From Octopus sinensis (taxonomy: Eukaryota), in the NCBI RefSeq assembly GCF_006345805.1, contig NC_043000.1, positions 32,550,001 through 32,614,000 on the forward strand: 64,000 nucleotides of DNA, written 5' to 3'. Of this stretch, positions 23,676 through 36,960 are shown piece after piece (within the stretch, counting starts at the first letter, position 1; each line of letters opens with the position of its first letter). The notes beneath the pieces were generated by a model. The model was not told the origin of the DNA. It saw only the letters and a program-made list of their open reading frames with translations, and ran no database searches. The translations under genes and the position numbers were made by a program.

Positions 23676-24990
23676 CTAGCAGACCTACCCATCTAAGATG
23701 GGAAATGATAGAAAATAAAAACACTTTAAGTATGGCATGGGAAATGTAATAAAATATAAATAATGGTTGGTTTTGATTCTACTTATGTATAGCTTTATAG
23801 AGTACATATTCTTGATATCATTACATTTAAAAAACCTCTTTGCAAACGATATTCTGTGTTTGATCAACACTAATTTTCAAATCAGCTGAGTCCATTGCTC
23901 TGCTCATAGCGACATACAAGTGGCAGTGTACAAACATCAGAGTGAGCAGAAACACACCAACTCGATCTAAAATCTGGCCCTGAGACTTGTTAGCTGTGAA
24001 TGAGAAGGCTAGTTTGACAGGAAACTGCCTGCATCATTACTGGAAGGGAAACTGATTGTTGGAGGGTACCAGTGGTATCCAAGGTATGAACAGGTGCTTA
24101 CCACTGTGAGGGCCAATCGCTATCACTGCTTCGATGACGTGAGAATTGAATTGCATGACAGTGTATCTTGTTCTGTTGCAATGTCCGTTGGCAGGGTCAA
24201 AATTTCATAGGAGCATTATAGGACAGTACTTTTTCAGTGAGAACCCATGCATAGGTCGTCCCAGTGGATTCAAGTTGTTAAGGAAATCCTGTGGATACAG
24301 GTGATAATTTCCATCGATTATAGTGTCTGAACTTAGATATTGTCAACTTTCTCCTGGGAAGTGGTTAATCATGTGGTCATTAACAGTATTGCTTTAATTT
24401 ATTTTTTTGTCCTGGGTGCTGAACCAAATTGATATTGTTGTAGAGGAATTGTGTTGATGAGGTTAAAAGAACCACACACACACTGTCTTTTTCTTTCTCT
24501 GTCTGTCTCTCTCTCTCTCTCTGTCACACACATCCCATCAATGTGTTGATGGGGTAAAAGAAAATGCACACACACACACACAGTGTGTCTTTCTCTCTGT
24601 TTCTTTGTCTCTTTCTGTCTCTGTTTGTCTCACACACTTTGCGTGTCGCACGCCCCATCAACACCCAGAACCGTTGTAGAGATAATAATGAATGAACAAC
24701 TGAAAGCACTGCTTGAACTTCCATAAATGCCATTTTGGTTTTTGTATCTGTTTTGTTACTGTGGCCGATTTCCGTATAATTCATTTTTATTTATGTATAC
24801 AGAAATGGCTTCCTTAGTTTCATAGGAATCAAATGTAGCAAGTCTTTCCAATAAAACCTTTTAAACCTGATATAAACCATTCTCGAGGCATCCTTGGTAA
24901 GACTGCCAAGTTTCATGCAAGCATGACCAGTTGTTTGGCCGTGTAAAGGTCACGGACAGACGGATGAACATAAGGCCAATTATAGTAGGA
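23676..24990 (-). mobile_element. Non-autonomous Helitron with PIF1-like helicase C-terminal remnant
   Basis: A|TCCTACTATAA 5' end; YPQDFLN..CNRTR..RQFPVKLAFSFTANKSQGQ..LYVAMSR..NIVCKEVF stop (24395-23827); cccatc-tta-gatggg hairpin then CTAG|T. Confidence 0.88.
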
Positions 24991-26178
24991 TAAAAGAATT
25001 AAAATTGGTATTTAAGACAAATAGCCACACTTGTATGGTTGCAACAAAATAATAGAATAGAAAAAACAAAGACAGAAAGATTCCAATTTTCTGGTCTGGA
25101 ACTAAGAAGACATTTGAATGAGAAACCAGACACAGTAGTTTTGTGTGATGACTGTTGCATTTATGTTTGGCAGATGAGTAGTTGGCGTTAGGAAGGGCAT
25201 CCAGCTGTAGAAACACTGCCAGATCAGACTGGAGCCTGGTGCAGCCTCCTGGCTTCCCAGACCCTGGTCGAACTGTCCAACCCATGCTAGCATGGAAAAT
25301 GGACGTTAAACGAGGATGATGATGCTGTCAAAGAGAAAACCAATAGAGTTTGTAACCTGTGGAAGTGTCATTGGAACTGACAGAATATGGTCAGCTAAAT
25401 TTTGCAGCAGACAACAAACTGAATGTATGATTCTTTATATTTTGGTTTTTAATCCAAATGATTCTTGTTGATTTGTAAACAAAGTTCATCAAATTGATTC
25501 TTGCTGCTGATCCATAACTGAAGTAGGTTGATCAATGAAATTTATTGAGGTATAAATAGAGGAATAGAGAATGCTGGAATAGCTGTTGGATGGAGATCAT
25601 GGCTCAGTTGTAGGTTACAGGTTGTAAATTGATAAAGGTCTAGGTTTTTTTTCTTGAAGACAGTCTAGACTTGAATAGCTGATGATAAAGAATCTGATTC
25701 CACCATAATAAATTATGATAGCTTCAAATGCTGGATCTATTAACCCCAAATTCCTTGTCTTTGAAACAGAGAAATGTACTAAACCCATTACATTCACCAA
25801 AGGTACAGGTGTAGCTGTGTGGTGAGAAGCTTGCTTCTCAACCATGTGGTTTGGGGTTCAGTCCCATTGCATGGCACTTTGGGCAAGTGTCTTCCACTGT
25901 AGTCTTAGGCCAACCAAAACCTTGTGAATAGATTTAGTAGATGGAAGCTGAAAGAATTCCATCGTTACTCTGGTTTGAGTGGAAGAACGCTGCTGCCTCC
26001 ATCACTATCACTTAACAGAACTTTTAGTAACACCTGAAGGACAATGGAAGTTAAGACACCCTTTATTCTAATTAGAGTCAATTAGAATCAGGTAATGATC
26101 CAAATGAACAAATAACAGGTTATTTTAAACTTTATTTGGTAGTGGCACAAAAACTTTAAAAAACCATCCCATATTCAC

Positions 26179-26269
26179 CTCAATAAAATCCTTTTCTTCT
26201 CCTTTCTGGTTGGTCACTCGTCTAATGATACAGCGTAACTTCCCCGAGGGGGATTCTTTATTCCATAAC
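26179..26269 (-). CDS. APEH: APEH exon E2
   Basis: ttatag|G TTA TGG...ATT GAG|gtgaat; LWNKESPSGKLRCIIRRVTNQKGEEKDFIE (cf. ELLSRESPSG..GEEKQFLE); 91 nt, phase 2 to 0. Confidence 0.92.
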
Positions 26270-27939
26270 CTATAAACAATCAAGAAAGTTTGTCAAATGT
26301 AACGATGGCAGGTAATGATGACGATGATGATGAGTATACTTTTTGACAAGACAAAAATTCAATTAATGTTGGTGGTAATAATGGTTTCAAATTCCGGCAC
26401 TAGGCCAGCAAGTTTGGGGGAGAGGTTAAGTCGATAACATACACACCAGAGATGAACTGGTTCTAATGTTATTGACCACCAACTGGAATAAAAGGCAAAG
26501 TTGACCTTAGTAAAATGTGAACTCAAAGAGCAAAGATGGACGAAATGCCATTAAGTGTGCTAATGGACCCTGCCAGCTTGTCTTCATGATGATGATAATC
26601 CTCTCTATTGAAGGCAGAAGACTTGAAATTTGGGGGAGGAGGGATAGTCGATTACATCAACCCCCAGTGCGTAACTGGTACTTATTTCATTGACCTTGAA
26701 AGGATGAAAAGCAAAGTCGACCTCAGCAGAATTTGAACTCAGAATGTGAAGACAGACGAAACGCTTCTGCCAACTCAACACCAAATGATATCGGTATTGA
26801 GATTCCTGTTGTCAACCTGCAGAAAAAGTATCATCCTGTGTTCTGCAAGAACCCCAAAAAAAGACTCTTGAGATCTGAAGAGACTTGTAGGTACCAAACA
26901 CCAGGATAACAATCTTGCTTATCAAATTAGCATTTAGCGGCTCATCAATTACAACATCAATAATTAATTTTTTTGTGAGAATGGTTACTATCCATGTAAG
27001 TAATTTTTTTCAGCATAACTTTATTATTTTTTTTGTAAACGAACAACCTGGTGTGTTTATTTGACTGCCTATCAGTGTGAGCAGTGAGTTTCTTTGCCTT
27101 GGGTGTAAGAACAGGAAACAAAACTGAAGGAAGAAAAACTTATAATGATGATGATAAAAGTGATAATTTCTTACATAGATACATTAAATAAACCCCAGTG
27201 AATAACTGGTACCTATTTTGTTAATACTAGAAAAAAGCAATCCAAAGTCAACACCAGAGATTTGAACTTAGAATGTAAAGATCTGCAACTAAACATTGTT
27301 CGACAACTTTGTCTGCTGCCCTAACCATACTGCCAATACAACCAACAACAACAAACCCGATTTAGTTAACGGCTAAGATTTCTATACACACCCTCTAAAC
27401 TTATTTTTACCTGTAACATATATCATTCATCTACAGACATTATTCTTATCTAACAACAACAACATCAAGTTGCTCTGTTTTTGCACTGAGGCACGTGTCT
27501 GTCACCAGGCACCAGCCCATCTCTACAGAGATTCTACTTTTAACATCAGAATGGTAAAACAGTAGAAGGAGAGAAACCTTCTCTGAACACCATGAATACA
27601 CCTCAAGACACAAATTAACATTTTTCATAGTCTGTCTACATCTCTCTCTCTCTTTCTCTCAACAGTTACCAAGTTTCCAAGAAAAGAAATAAAATTATGA
27701 ACCATTTCCAAAAAATTCTTCACTGCATGTTGTAGCAGTTATATTGGGCAGGTCATCAAGACTGGTGACCTTGTGATTACAAACTTCTCACAGAATATTA
27801 CCAATCAGAAATATAAAATCAATCACAGTTTAACACCAAAGGCAATAGGTCAGTTATACACACAGAATGAAATGCAAACGCATTTATAAAGGTGGGGTAG
27901 GGGCGTATGAATAAGCACATGTATGCAACTATCCACATA

Positions 27940-27991
<52 letters not shown>

Positions 27992-28002
27992 ATCATCATA
28001 TA

Positions 28003-29254
28003 TTGGGTTGGCAACCAAGTTCCCGCTGTTTTTTTTTAACTTTGGAATTTATTGCGTTTTAAATTTTGGAATCTATTTTTTTTTCTAGTTAATTTTTGTT
28101 AATTTTTGTTTATTTTCAGATCATTAAAATGGAATATCAAGAAAAATGAGCATTTTCGACACCTCCTTTTTTTTGCTTTTAATCAAGGTTCTAAGGCCGC
28201 AAAAGCTGCTCACGACATTTGTGCTGTGTATGGAGAGGGTGACATAGCTGGAAGAGCCGCTAGTGATTGGTATGCCAAGTTCAAAAATGGAAATTTTGAC
28301 CTCAAAGATGCACCTTGTTCTGGCCGTCCAGTTGAGTTCGATGAAGAGTGATTAAACCAACTTTTGCACGAAAATTCTCATCAAACGACAAGGGAACTGG
28401 CAGAAAAAATGGAATGCTCCCACACTGCTATAGAGAAGCATCTTCATTCGATGGGAAAGGTTCAGAAGTATGGGGCAAGGGTTCTGCATGCTTTAAGTGA
28501 CAACAACAAAAATCAACAAGCCACAATCTCCGCTGATTTGCTTGCTTGTCACCGCTCAACTCATGGACACAAGGAAAGATTTCTTTACCGAATTGTTACT
28601 GGCAACAAAAAATGGTGCCTGTACATCAATATGAAGCAGTGTAAGGAATGGTTTAGCAACGGTAAACAAGCGACACCGTGCATGAAACAAGATCTTCATC
28701 TGTGTAAAATGATGTTGTACATATGGTGGGACTGGGAAGGGATTATCCATTATGAATTGTTTGAATGGAACCAAACGGTCAACACGGAACTCTATGTTCA
28801 ACAGATGGAATGACTCAACATGGCTATTCAAGTAAAAAGACATAATTGGCAGCATGGAGTTCTTCTGCTGCATGACAATGCCCGCCCTCATATCGCCAAT
28901 ATCACAAAGGAAGCCATTCAAATGCATGGCTGGGAAGTGCTGCCACACCTGCTGTACTCTCCTGATTTGGCACCAATGGATTTCCACCCCATTCGATCCC
29001 TTTTAAATGCTATGCACGGAGCACAAAGTTTCGTTCAATACTGATGCAGAATTGAGAGCTTGGTTGGATCAATTTATCGATTGAAATCAGGTGATTTCTA
29101 CCAACGAGGTATTGAAAATCTTTTTGAACGTTGGGAAGAAGTTGTAAATAACAAGGGTGAATACGTTATTGATTAATTAGTTGTTAGCTTTATTATTACA
29201 CCTTTTAAAAAATTTAAATTAAAAAAAACTGCAGGAACTTAGTTGCTAACCCAA
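28003..29254 (+). mobile_element. Full-length mariner transposon, pseudogenised transposase (about 28129-29176)
   Basis: TA|ttgggttggcaaccaagttcc ... ggaacttagttgctaacccaa|TA; HTH, IVTGNKKW (D to N), HDNARPH, YSPDLAPMD; internal stops and a 5' frameshift. Confidence 0.95.
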
Positions 29255-29256
29255 TA

Positions 29257-29296
<40 letters not shown>

Positions 29297-30039
29297 AAAT
29301 GTGTGTGTGTGTGTGTGTGTGCACACATGCAAATGAATCTAAATATTTCAGTTTAACTAGAATCCAGGTCACTAATGCATTAATACTTTAAAGAAACTAA
29401 TTAATCAAGCATAATTAATGTGTTCATGTGTGTTACATTTTAAAGATATCAAATTGAATTAGTTAAAAAAAAAGTCATTGTTTCTAAACTGGCCACTAAC
29501 GATAATTCATATAATTATTGCTGTCAGTCACAAGTGAAAATATGGAAAGACTATTTCAAATATGCTTCATAACCCACAGCTAAATAGCAAATACTAATTA
29601 GCGGAATTAATATTAACAATTCCAGTTGTGGTTTTCGTTTCATTTATGTAATCTTTCATTAATACTGAAATTTTTGAGCCACGTACACTAAAAGCAAAAA
29701 AATGTTTGATATTTGCAAAACAAATAATGATAATGAATAATAATAATAATGACAAAAATTATTTGGCTTTCTTTATTAACTTCATGGTTTGACCAGTTCT
29801 CCCCTCACCCCACCCCTGACTGGCCCCTGTGCTGGTGGCATGTAAAAAGCACCCACTACGCACTCGGAATGGCTAGCATTAGGAAGGGCATCCGGCTGTA
29901 GAAACCTTGCCAAATCAGACTGGAGCCTGGTGCTGCCCCCTGGCTCACCAGTCCTCAGTCAACGCATCCAACCCATGCCATCATGGAAAATGGACGTTAA
30001 ATGATGATGATGATGATGATGAATAATCTAGGCAATGGC

Positions 30040-30680
30040 TTTCCCAAGATGTCAAGTTAAGCTGTAGAGATTTTAGGGATTGCTTCAACTTATCCTTATA
30101 CCTAATGAAGGGGGTCTTCCTTTACTGTGGTATCCCTCCACTTGTTGGCCAAGTATTTTTGGAATGCAGTTGTCTTTCATTCAATCAACATGTCCTACCC
30201 ATTTGCAGTGGATTCTCAGCAGCATTCTTTGGATAATGGAGATAACACATTTTTCTAAGATTTTGACATTTGATGTCCTATCTTGCCGTTTTATGTTGCA
30301 GATATTACGCAGACAGCATGTGTGAAAGGTCTCAATTTTCTTCATATGTCTGTAGTTGAGAATCCATGCTTCTTCCTCGTACAAAAGTGTGCTCAAAATA
30401 CGAGATTTGTACGCACTTATTTTAGTTATCAGACTGCTATTGTGTTCATCCCACAAACAATGGCAAAGTTTTCCAAAAGCATTTGTAGCCTTAGATATTC
30501 TGACATTGATTTCGACGTCAAGAGTAATCTTAAAGTTTACTGTACTTCCAAGATATTTGAATGACTTGACTCATTTGAGTGACTCATTGTCTATCATCAC
30601 ATTTGAGTCTTTGGTTGGAATAAAACTCCAGACTTCTTGATGCTGACTATCAGCCCAAATGCATGAGCAGCTGCAGCAAA
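30040..30680 (-). mobile_element. Older RTE (BovB-like) LINE remnant
   Basis: ILSTLLYEEEAW..ETFHTCCLRNICNIKRQDR..KWVGHV resembles RTE C-terminal motifs. Confidence 0.7.
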
Positions 30681-30688
30681 ACTGTCAG

Positions 30689-30689
<1 letters not shown>

Positions 30690-30730
<41 letters not shown>

Positions 30731-30756
30731 ATAATAATAATAATAATAATGATGAT
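30690..30756. repeat. Compound microsatellite (ACT)n(AAT)n(GAT)n; many other (TA)n, (CA)n, (GAT)n and (CCA)n tracts occur in the window
   Basis: Direct reading. Confidence 0.9.
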
Positions 30757-30759
30757 AGC

Positions 30760-30823
30760 AGAGTGCCATTGTTATCAAGTGAACGATGTCAAAATATCGT
30801 TCACTTGATAACAATGGCACTCT
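30760..30823. repeat. Perfect 28-bp inverted repeat with 8-nt loop
   Basis: agagtgccattgttatcaagtgaacgat-gtcaaaat-atcgttcacttgataacaatggcactct. Confidence 0.95.
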
Positions 30824-31359
30824 TCTATTTTTGCTTCTATACCTTTGGAGGAGTTACCTCAGTCCTATAAATATTAATAATAGTGATGATAATAATAATA
30901 ATAATAGATGCCCTGATACAGTACCAGGCAGAGGCTCTTATGGCTTGATTTTAACTGATTGGAAGTGTTATCATGTACATTGTTTTGTCTTGGTATAATA
31001 GATGGGCTACAGCACATATTCTGTTCAATACCACAGATCTGCTCGTCAGTTGTTTGGCCATAACCAGTTGAGCATGTCCCTTAGTGGCTGACGATATGTG
31101 CCGCTCTGATCACGAGCAGAAGTAGTGGGGGAGCATCATAGCCATGTGTCGAAAGGAATTCTTTGGGGTTTGAATAATTCACCCTTGGTAACATGGATTT
31201 TTGATTCAACATACTTAAGCAACCCTTATTCAGGGACCGTTTGAGTAAGATGGACCACTCAACCTGAAGTTTTATCTTGATCTAAGATCACCATGTTGTG
31301 CACCCTTATCAGACATGTAATCATGATGGGTATAATCATGATCATCATTTAATGACCAC

Positions 31360-32020
31360 TGTCCATGCTGGCATGGGTTGGACAGTTTGACTGGGCTGGC
31401 ATGCTGGAAGGCTGCACCAGACTCCAGTCTGATTTGGCATGGTTTTCTATGGCTGGATGCCCTACTTAACGCCAACCACTCAGAGAGAGTAATGGGTGCT
31501 TTTATGTGCCACTGGCATGGTTGCCATTTGTGTGACACTGATATCTGCCGTGAATGAGATTTTGTTTGGCTTGATGGGTCTTCTTCTCAAGCCTGACATA
31601 ATACCAAGGGTCTCGGTCATTGCGACCATGAGGCCCGAAACTCAAAAGGAACTCAGCCTCTTTGCCTTCAGGAGGCCCAAAGCTCGAAAAGAACCCAGCC
31701 ACTTTGCCTCCAGGAGGCCCAATGCTCAAATGGTGTTCTTTACATGCCACTAGCATGGGTGCCAGTTGTGTGATACCAACATTAGCCATGACAACGATTT
31801 CACTTGGCTTGACGGGTCTTGTCAAGCATAGCATATCACCAAAGGTCTCAGTCACTAGTCATTGCCTTTGTGAGACTCAAAGTTCAAAAATCATCACTTC
31901 GTCCCATGTCTTCCTGGGTCTATCTCTACCATAGGTTCCCTCCACAGTTAGAGATCGGCATTTCTTTACACAGCTGTCCTTGTCCATGTGCATCACATAA
32001 TCATACAAACACAGTCATGC
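31360..32020 (-). mobile_element. Diverged RTE 3' fragment
   Basis: GRPRKTWDEV remnant at about 31900 plus tail. Confidence 0.7.
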
Positions 32021-32283
32021 ACCTCAGTGTCACTTTGATGGCAATAATAATAATAATAATTGATGAAGAGCGACATAACTCTTCATGAAAGTAATTACAC
32101 AAATAAGAAGAGCCTTGTATGCTCTATAACAGGCAGAGGCATAGCTGTGTGGTAAGATGTTTGCTCCTCAACCACATGATTCTAGGTTCAGTCTCATTGC
32201 ATGACACTTAAGACCAGTGTCTTCTACTATAGCTCCAGGCTGAGTGGATTTGGGAGACAGAAACTGAAAGAAGCCTGTTATAA

Positions 32284-32643
32284 TGTGTGTGTGTGTGTGT
32301 GTGTGTCGCATGTGATAGTTGTAAACGAGAATCACTGGTATGGAAACTGTCATTTATTTTCAATATTCTAGAAAATCATGTCTGGCCCAGGGGGAGAAAT
32401 ATTACTTCACTTGGAAACAGGTGAGGGTTGGCAACAGGAGGGGCATCCATCCCTAGAAAACCTGTGTGTGTGCGTGTGTGTGTCGCATGTGATAGTTGTA
32501 AACGAGAATCACTAGTATGGAAACAGTGTCATTTATTTTCAATATTCTAGAAAATCATGTCTGGCCCAGGGGGAGAAATATTACTTCACTTGGAAACAGG
32601 TGAGGGTTGGCAACAGGAGGGGCATCCAGCCCTAGAAAACCTG
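32284..32643. repeat. Tandem duplication of about 178 bp
   Basis: Two near-identical units, each starting in (TG)n. Confidence 0.9.
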
Positions 32644-34951
32644 CCACAACAAATTCCATCTGACCCGTACAAGCAAGGAAAAATGGATGCTGAATGATAA
32701 TGAGTGGCAGGATAATGACATTGTTTATTAAACTGAACAACGTTTTTACAGTTCGTCTGTCATCTTTAGACTCAAAATGAAAATCAGAAAATGGTGCAGC
32801 CTTCCGGCTCACCAGTCTTCAGTCGAACTGTCCAACCTATGCCAGCATGGAAAGAGGATGTTAAATGATGATGATGATGATGGTGATGATCTCAGTAAAG
32901 TTTATCTGAAATACAAATCAAAAGTTGCTTTTCCTGAAAAATTTGTTGAAATCAAAGCAACTGAAAAATTATATTGGACCTGATGCCCATACAAAGTAAA
33001 CTGGACACTTTTCTTTTTAAACCTTAGTGGAAAAACAAACATTAATCACAAAACTTTTGTTTCTTATAACTCTTATGAAAGTGGGTTTGTCTGATAAAGA
33101 CCAAGTTCTCTGTTAGCCCATTTTGTAACCCCACTGTACCCCCTGGGTAGCCATAATTTACATTATGTACACCATTGGGAATTCTAACCTGTTTTTGTTC
33201 TGTATGTCAAGAATGGCCATGTTCCTGATGGTAGCAGGGTTCTACCAATGAAGATTTTCGACTTTGCTAAGTTTAATTTTGTGGATGCAGGTCCATCAAC
33301 GATTGTTGCAAAGATTCTCAAAATATCTGGTAAGGTAGGATACACAATGACCACCAGGGTAGTAAATCAAATCATGTAGGAAGGGGTCATACCCAATGAC
33401 CGGTGTGGCAATCATCATCATCGTTTAACGTCCGCTTTCCATGCTAGCATGGGTTGGACGATTTTGACTGAGGACTGGCAAACCAGATGGCTGCACCAGG
33501 CTCCAATCTTGATCTGGCAGTTTCTACAACTGGATGCCCTTCCTAACGCCAACCACTCCGAGAGTGTAGTGGGTGCTTTTTACGTGCCACCAATGTCATT
33601 GTAAATTGCTAAGAGGGCAACTACAGCAGAATCAGACCACCAAGCTAGGTTATATGGGTCGTAGAGGGAGCCACAGTCCAATTGATTTGTGACAGAATAG
33701 GCCAAGACGAGACGAGTGAGAAGCAACAAACAATGATTGCAAAGCTGATTTTAGTGTGAAGGTAAGAATTGATCAAGATCCTATTAATCTAACAGACCAT
33801 CAAGGGAGGAGTTGAAGACTAGATGGTCCAAAGGGAGCTCCTATTTGTCAATGATCTAGTCTACATAGACAGCCTGAAAAAGGAGCACTTCACCTTGGTG
33901 CTAATTGATGAGAGATCTAGCAAACATAGTTAAAAACAATATTTTTTTAATTGATAATTTATGACAGAAGTGAAAGAGATATTCACACACATGTATAAAC
34001 ACACACACATATATAGAACAAAGACACAGACTTACCAACACACAAACATACACAAACACAAGGCTAACTTTAAAAATGAAAATATTTCAATAATGTTTTC
34101 TCTCTTACACACTCAGACAAAAGGTTTCATTTCAGTTTCCGTCTATCAAAATCCATTTACAAGGCTTTGATTGGCCCAGGACTATAAACAGAAGATATTT
34201 GCCTAATATACTGTGCAGTGGAACTGAACCCAAAGCCATGTGTTTCTTATAACTCTTATGAAAGTGGGTTTGTCTGATAAAGACAAACTTTATATTTCGT
34301 CATCAAGAGTAATCCATGCTGGCATGGATTGGACAGTTTAACTAAAAACTGCTAAGCCAGGTGGATGCATCAAGTTCCAATCTAATTTGGCAAGGTTTCT
34401 ATGGTAGGATGCCCTTCCTAATCCCAACCACTCTGAAATTTCCAAGTAAGGAAATTTTTACCTCAAGGCCAGACATGTTTTCATGGAAGATTGGCAATAA
34501 AAGATGCTGCTTGCATGATGGTGACAGTCATTTACAACTATCACATGATGGTAACACAAGGAGACAGAAACACATGCAGACTCACACATACACAAATATA
34601 AGCTTAGCTTGGTTGTGTGGTAAAGAAGCTTGATTCCTAACCACATGGTCTAGGGTTCAATCCCACAGAATGGCACCTTGAGCCAATGTCTTCTATTACA
34701 GCTTTGGGTTGACAAGCTTCTTAACCAGACAGTCATGTTTGTATTAATAAAAAAAAACTTATATTGATTAATGAACACCAGATTATAGGTTCCATGACCT
34801 GGAAAAGAAGTCCAATGATCTAAACAAACGTTCAACATATCTTATATGTTTACTATGACTCGAAGATAAATATTTGAGCCTTCTGGCTAATAGGAAACCT
34901 TTCATAACTCTGCATTTATGTACTAGGTCAATGGGTAGGGTTTATCTAAGG

Positions 34952-35273
34952 CAGTGATTCCCAAAGTGGGCGGTATTGCTTCCCCCCGGGGTGGTGGGGT
35001 GGTGGTGGAAAGTTCCAGAGGGGAATTGAAGAAAAGTGGGGTGATAATGGGGTAGCGATTCATGTAAAAAGTTGGGTGATAATGGGGTAGATATTCATGT
35101 AAAAATAACAAAATAATGGGTTTACTAGGTTAAGTTTTATTTGTGAAATACAGTTGCATTGAATTTGCTTCAGAAAGAGGTCTATGTTTGTGATGGTCAG
35201 TTGGGGTGGGTGTGCCAGGAATGTGGCCTGGGTGTTGAGGGGGCAGCAACTTGAAAAAGTTTGGGAACCACTG
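34952..35273. mobile_element. hAT (Charlie-like) MITE
   Basis: TIRs cagtgattcccaaa / tttgggaaccactg; 8-bp TSD atctaagg / agctaagg (7 of 8 match). Confidence 0.85.
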
Positions 35274-36069
35274 AGCTAAGGGTGGGGCCTATCCAAGGGT
35301 AAAGTCCATCTCACTCTCTTCTTTGTTCAAAATATTTTTCAATTTCATAGGGTTCTGGCTGTTTACATTATGTAGATATGTGTTAAGGTAAATATATCTT
35401 TAAGTAATGACTGCTCTATCTAAAACATCATCATTTAATAAAGCAATTAATTTAATAAACAGGACATAAATGTCATCATCATCATTATCATCGTTTAACG
35501 TCCGTTTTCCATCCTGACATGGGTTGGACAGTAAATGTATAAAGAAATTAACTTTCAAAAAGGAAGAATGTGATTACAACTATTCAATCGCCCTGACTAT
35601 TTGTTTCATAGGAAGCAGTGGGGGTGGGGGGAGGAGGAATGTACTAAAGAGCTCCCTCGGGACAGAACATTCTGTCTCCAATTTGGAGTTGCAGACCTAA
35701 AGCTATCATTATATTAGCATTCATATAAAATAAAATCTGGCGCTGTGCCATTAATCTTGGCAAAATAAAAACACAAACTTAAAGCTGGGAAAATAGCCAA
35801 TATTTTATGTAGAGTTCATACTTATTGACCATAGTGGAATGCTAAGTAGATCAGTAGAGAATAATTATAAATACAAACACATTTCCTGACTAACGAATTT
35901 TAGATGAAGAATTAATGTTTAATACTGGGTGATAGGCAGAGGCATAGTTATGAGGTTAAGAAGTTTGCTCGCCAATCACAGGGTTCCAGGTTCAGTCCCA
36001 CTACATGACACCTTGAGAAAATGTCTCGTTATAGCCTTCGACCAACCAAAGCCTTGAGAGTGGATTTCA

Positions 36070-36960
36070 TTATCATTATCATCATCGATTAACATCCGCT
36101 TTCCATGCTAGCATGGGTTGGACGGTTCGACCGGGGTCTGGGAAGCCAGGAGGCTGCACCAGGCTCCAGTCTGATCTGGCAGTGTTTCTACAGCTGGATG
36201 CCCTTCCTAACGCCAACCACTCTATGAGTGTAGTGGGTGCTTTTTACGTGTGAAAACTGAAAGAAACCTGTCATATCATCATTTAGCATTCATTTTCCAT
36301 GCTGGTATGGGTCAGACGGTTTGACTGGACCTGGTAAGCTAGAGAGCGGCACCAGGTTCCAGTCTGATTTTGGCTTGGTTTCTACAGCTGGATGCCAGCC
36401 ACTCTGAGAGTGTCGTGGGTGCCTTTGTATGTGCCACCAGCGCCGGCCACAAATGTGATTTCCCTTGGCTTGGTGAGTCTTCTTAAGCACAGCAAACTGT
36501 CGAAGGTCACGATAACTTGCAACTGCCACCGTAAGGCCCTACTTTGAAGATCATGCTTTGCCACCTCATCCCAAGTCTTCCTGGGTCTATCCCTTCCAAA
36601 GATCCTCTCCACAGTTAGAGATCAGCACTTCTTCATACAGCTGTCCTCGTTCATATGCATCACATGACCAGTCTAGTCGTCTCTCTTGCACATCACATCT
36701 AATGCCTCTTATGCCCAGCTTTTCTCTCAAGAGGCTTACATTCGGTCATACATGCACACTGACATTGCACATCCAGTGGAGCATACTAGATTTGCACATG
36801 TGCATGTGTGTGTGTGTGTGCGTGTCACCAGCGCCAGCCACAAATGTGATTTCCCTTGGCTTGGTGAGTCTTCTTAAGCACAGCAATCTGTCAAAGGTCA
36901 TCATCACTTGTAATTGCCTCCGTGAGACCCAACATTTGAAGATCGTGCTTTGCCACCTCA
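36070..36960 (-). mobile_element. Cluster of RTE 3' fragments with internal duplication
   Basis: Two tails plus duplicated caccagcgccggccacaaatgtgatttcccttggc block at about 36435 and 36825. Confidence 0.75.
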
